From the sequence record NC_009704.1: a DNA stretch of 58,679 nucleotides; one strand, 5' to 3'. The notes beneath the pieces were generated by a model. The model searched no databases, had not been told where the DNA came from, and saw nothing but the letters and a program-made list of their open reading frames with translations. The stretch comes from a plasmid. Shown one piece after another: positions 55,436 through 58,679 of this stretch; the first letter of the stretch is position 1, and the number at the start of each line of letters is the position of its first letter. The translations under genes were made by a program, and so were the position numbers.

Positions 55436-55521
55436 ACCCCAAATACTGGCATAAAATTATAATCTCCTACATAACAAAGAACTCCCAAAAGGGAGTTCTT
55501 TGTTTAGGCTAGGAAAAATAG

Positions 55522-56574
55522 TTAGCCCTCAATAATTGCTACCAGAGTGACACTACTTAATTCAGCTTCAAACTCCTCACCGTTATCTTCACACTTGAAC
55601 CAAGCAAGTCCTTTTAGAGAAGGTCTACGATCAAGCATTATTCTGGCTGCTCGTTCATCAACGATAACTTCTACAAAAGACTTTTTCAATTTTGACTTAT
55701 CTTCAGATTTTGATTTTTTTGAATTAGACTCATCTGAATCATCACCACCATTATCAGTATTATCTTCCCCATTATTATCTTCAGAACTACCATCGAATTC
55801 AGGGCTGTTATAAATATCTCTTTCATCTTCAGAGACTAAATCAGTGTCAGAAGAAATATTGCTATTAGAATCATCATTTTTATTATCAATGAATTCTCGC
55901 AGCAACTTTACCGAACCACGACTAATTTCTTGATCCTCATCCTCAAGCCAACTTGTAACAGCTTTAGCGTTCTTTTTAAATGCAGTCACCAGCTCATTTA
56001 TAACGGTCACATCTTTTATGCGGCCAGAATTAAAAGCTTTAGCTATTGCATCAGGTAAATCTAGCAGAGTTACGTGCTGAGAAACAAAAGCAGCTGATAC
56101 ACCAAGTTCTTTAGCAATCACGCCTTTCTTCTTCCCCTTAGCCAACTCGCGACCTATAAAATCGGCAATTTCACGGGCTGTTAATTCATTGCGTTGCAGG
56201 TTTTCAATAACCTGATCAATTTCGTTATAATCGTTGTCTATAAACCCTGGAATCGTTTTTTTCTGTGCTATTTTTGATGCGCGCATACGCCTAGCACCAT
56301 GATTTATCAAATAACGCCCTGGACTATCTGGATTGTCACGTACTGAAATAGGTGTTTTAACACCGCGCTGGCGGATAGTTTCAGCAAGCTCATTTAAGCT
56401 CTGGATAGAAAAGCCTGGGTTTTCTTCTGTTCGAGGTTGATTTGGATCTTCGTCGATTAGGTTCATATCAAGGTCAATAGGGCTTGTTGGTGATGGCCCT
56501 TTACCTGCTAATAGGCTAGACAGATCACCAATTGCATCCAGTCCTAGCGATGATTTTTTTTCTTTTGAGGTCAT
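55522..56574 (-). CDS. korB: KorB (ParB-family global repressor/partition protein)
   Basis: Long colinear similarity to RK2 KorB: GLDAIGDLSSLL, DLIDEDPNQPRTEENPGFS, GRYLINHGARR, FIDNDYNEIDQVIENLQRNELTAREIADFIGRELAKGKKKG, VTLVAIIEG. Confidence 0.9.
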   Translation of the reverse strand: MTSKEKKSSLGLDAIGDLSSLLAGKGPSPTSPIDLDMNLIDEDPNQPRTEENPGFSIQSLNELAETIRQRGVKTPISVRDNPDSPGRYLINHGARRMRASKIAQKKTIPGFIDNDYNEIDQVIENLQRNELTAREIADFIGRELAKGKKKGVIAKELGVSAAFVSQHVTLLDLPDAIAKAFNSGRIKDVTVINELVTAFKKNAKAVTSWLEDEDQEISRGSVKLLREFIDNKNDDSNSNISSDTDLVSEDERDIYNSPEFDGSSEDNNGEDNTDNGGDDSDESNSKKSKSEDKSKLKKSFVEVIVDERAARIMLDRRPSLKGLAWFKCEDNGEEFEAELSSVTLVAIIEG

Positions 56575-57656
56575 TCTGCAATCTCCATCTTTTCAAAAAT
56601 ATATTTAGCTAACTCACGAACTTCTTTTGCTGCTTTTCTAGCAGCCGTTTTTTTGATTTTCCAAACAGGGACACCTGTTGCTAGAGCATCAGCAATGCTA
56701 CTGCGTAGACCGATAGCTGCGGGGATCATCAATTGAGGATAGGCTTCTTTCAGTTCAGCTAAATGTTGGCCGTGACGTGGGTTACGTCCATCAACTTTAC
56801 TTGGCACCATTCCTAGAAAGTTTAATGATGGGTTAAATTGTCGCACGTTGATGATCGTAGTAACCATTTTCCCTATACCTTGAATACTGTAAGCCTCTAA
56901 CTCAATAGGGGACACAACATAATCAGAGGCATACAAAGCGGTTGCAAGGCTGACACCAAGGGAAGGAGCAGTATCGATAAGAACAACATCAAAACCGCAA
57001 TCAGACAGTGCAGCTATTTTAGCTTTGAAATTAGCAACAACATCAGCAACCGGCTTACTCTCCATATTGGCAAGAACAGGGTCTGACTTTATCAAACTTA
57101 ATAATGGCCCATCAGGTAATTGGCTAAATACTGAGTGAAAGTCTTTAGTTGATTCCTCAAACATCTGACTTGCTAAGTATCCGCTTTCATACTCTTTAAG
57201 TGTGAAACTTGCGTTACCCTGAGTATCTAAATCGATTACAGCAACTTTTAAACCACGTTCAAAAAAGTCATAAGCGATATGAACTAATGTTGAAGTTTTA
57301 CCAACCCCGCCTTTTTGTTGAGCAACAACCAATGTTTTCATTTTTTGCCATCCAGTTTTTTTGCTGTTTCCTCGGCCCATTTCTTGACTATGAATGCTTT
57401 TGGTTCCGGAAGTATCGCTGTAACCCTCTCGTATCCCTCCGGCAGATTTTTCTCCTGATGTGCTATCCAGACACGATTCACTGCTTGAGATACAGCCCCT
57501 CGGGAAAGCCCTAACATCGCTACAAACGTTGCTTGCGGCGTCCCCTCGACCAAGACACCATTTGCTATATCGATGGTTTGTTGGCCCACATCCAAGTCTT
57601 TTATGGCTGCCTGGAACTCGGCTTTCGAGAGCCGTTTTTTCATGGACATTACCCAT
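56571..57656 (-). CDS. incC: IncC (ParA-family ATPase). The long form overlaps korA; the short IncC2 form would start at MKTLVVAQQKGGVGKTS.
   Basis: Walker A KGGVGKTS. Overlaps korA in another frame, exactly as in RK2. Confidence 0.85.
   Translation of the reverse strand: MGNVHEKTALESRVPGSHKRLGCGPTNHRYSKWCLGRGDAASNVCSDVRAFPRGCISSSESCLDSTSGEKSAGGIREGYSDTSGTKSIHSQEMGRGNSKKTGWQKMKTLVVAQQKGGVGKTSTLVHIAYDFFERGLKVAVIDLDTQGNASFTLKEYESGYLASQMFEESTKDFHSVFSQLPDGPLLSLIKSDPVLANMESKPVADVVANFKAKIAALSDCGFDVVLIDTAPSLGVSLATALYASDYVVSPIELEAYSIQGIGKMVTTIINVRQFNPSLNFLGMVPSKVDGRNPRHGQHLAELKEAYPQLMIPAAIGLRSSIADALATGVPVWKIKKTAARKAAKEVRELAKYIFEKMEIAE
57338..57649 (-). CDS. korA: KorA global repressor
   Basis: M(S M)KKRLSKAEFQAAIKDLDVGQQTIDIANGVLVEGTPQATF...LGLSRGAVSQAVNRVW...LPEGYERVTA is highly similar to RK2 KorA. 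Nested in incC. Confidence 0.85.
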   Translation of the reverse strand: MSMKKRLSKAEFQAAIKDLDVGQQTIDIANGVLVEGTPQATFVAMLGLSRGAVSQAVNRVWIAHQEKNLPEGYERVTAILPEPKAFIVKKWAEETAKKLDGKK

Positions 57657-57712
57657 ATATTTCTCCGCGCCTGAAATTAAAATAGCGGTGACAGCCGCTA
57701 ACGATGCAGTAA

Positions 57713-57724
57713 GTTTAGCTAAAC
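57713..57724. promoter_or_regulatory. KorA operator (OA) GTTTAGCTAAAC in the korA promoter
   Basis: Exact consensus. About 57 nt upstream of the incC start. Confidence 0.75.
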
Positions 57725-57743
57725 TAAGTGCCTAATTCAATCA

Positions 57744-57758
57744 TTTTAGCCGCTAAAA
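57744..57758. promoter_or_regulatory. KorB operator (OB) in the korA promoter
   Basis: TTTTAGCCGCTAAAA, 20 bp from the OA site. This OA+OB arrangement mirrors RK2 korAp. Confidence 0.8.
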
Positions 57759-57837
57759 TTTTCTTGCCGCACTAATTTACTATTGTTTAGGTAAAAAAAA
57801 ACCCGCCGAAGCGGGAATTCTAAAAATTTAGCACTAA

Positions 57838-58155
57838 TCATCTAGTTTTCATTTTTTTAGGTTTAAAATTGTTCACAAAAAAAGTGAGAACGACTAATAC
57901 AGAGAAATGAATCAGGAATGTCCATCCTGCATAAGTTCCCTGAGTGTTCCAGTGCCATAGCATACGTGAAAACTGAAAAGCTACGTCAATGGCGAGTATC
58001 CATCGAGCGACAGGCCAACAAATCACAGTTAAAAGCCATATGATTTTGACAATACTATCAACAAATGAATTTTGCTTTTTGGCTAATACGTTATTGATTG
58101 GCGTCGTATTCTTATCAGTTTGTTCCGTCGCTGGAAATTTATAAATATTAGACAT
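57838..58155 (-). CDS. Small membrane protein (possibly KleE-like)
   Basis: 105 aa with 2 TM helices. An OB operator lies about 165 nt upstream. Confidence 0.3.
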   Translation of the reverse strand: MSNIYKFPATEQTDKNTTPINNVLAKKQNSFVDSIVKIIWLLTVICWPVARWILAIDVAFQFSRMLWHWNTQGTYAGWTFLIHFSVLVVLTFFVNNFKPKKMKTR

Positions 58156-58317
58156 AACTTGACCCCTTATGCTGTAGCATGTTCAATACATCCTACAAGC
58201 TTTGACGCACTCCGCGCCTAAGTTTGGGCTTGGATGTGACAGCATTCAGGCCAAACGCCCTGGTTAACTCCAGGGCGTTCCCTTCAACAACTCTCACACT
58301 CCGACTTAAATCTATCA

Positions 58318-58337
58318 TTTTTTAGCCGCTAAAATTT
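58318..58337. promoter_or_regulatory. KorB operator (OB)
   Basis: TTTTTAGCCGCTAAAATTT, intergenic. Confidence 0.75.
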
Positions 58338-58679
58338 AATCAACATCTCTATCTAATAGATTACCACAATAAGTGTAAAAAACAATCGACCATGATTAAA
58401 ATGAGGCCAAAAAATAAATTTTTTGAGTATTAAAAACAAGAAATGATGGCAAAAATGATATTGAAATAAAAAAATCAGTATTAATTATAAGCAATGACAC
58501 TATATTGATATTAACCTTCTATTTTGGCGTAAAACATCAATTTTCTTTTTTATGCGCGTAGCGCATGGAAGGAGGCAAAGATAGTTTCATATGCTCGGGG
58601 AAGTTAATTGCCTCCGAAACCTAGCGTTAGATCATATCCCCTAAAACCCCCCTTCCTGCAAAGCGTGTTTTTGCGAAGC

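Noticed and set aside
1-58679. IncP trfA/oriV, korC/OC operators, tRNA and rRNA genes, and IS elements were looked for.
   Set aside because: None were recognised by eye. No TrfA-like protein, no TAGGGCATAATGCCCTA palindrome, and no transposase-like ORF are present in this window.

Overview
The window looks like most of a low-GC conjugative plasmid of Enterobacterales type. All calls are by eye, with no database searches.

Left end: a RepFIIA-family replicon (repA, with origin-side direct repeats), a ParD/ParE-like toxin-antitoxin pair, a Cro-like repressor module, and a zeta-toxin-like toxin-antitoxin pair.

Backbone: clearly IncP-1 (RP4/RK2)-like.
- An Mpf operon trbA-trbB-C-D-E-F-G-H-I-J-K-L-N encoding a P-type type IV secretion system (T4SS).
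- A Tra1 core: traC (ArdC-primase fusion), traE (topoisomerase III), traF, traG, traI (with a nested traH-like ORF), traJ, oriT, traK, traL, traM.
- The central control region korA-incC-korB.
- Nine KorB operators (TTTAGC-S-GCTAAA) and two KorA operators (GTTTAGCTAAAC) scattered through the window.

Inserted between trbN and a trbM-like gene is an R64/IncI-type type IVb thin-pilus (pil) operon: pilL-like, pilN, O, P, Q, R, S, an extra PilT-like ATPase, pilV, a prepilin peptidase and a lytic transglycosylase. It is preceded by a plasmid-encoded RfaH paralogue. No shufflon or rci recombinase is visible.

Best candidate for something undescribed: an accessory island of about 8.5 kb (31.1-39.6 kb) bounded by ~240-bp inverted repeats, with a third copy of the repeat at 2.7 kb. 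The island carries an array of five ~25-bp direct repeats, each sitting at a junction between small gene modules, and ends in a short FimB/E-like tyrosine recombinase. The modules include:
- duplicated promoter/operator plus HTH cassettes;
- a 56-aa plus 225-aa zinc-ribbon gene pair;
- a third lytic transglycosylase;
- a three-gene operon: membrane protein, HEPN-like protein, CPBP protease.
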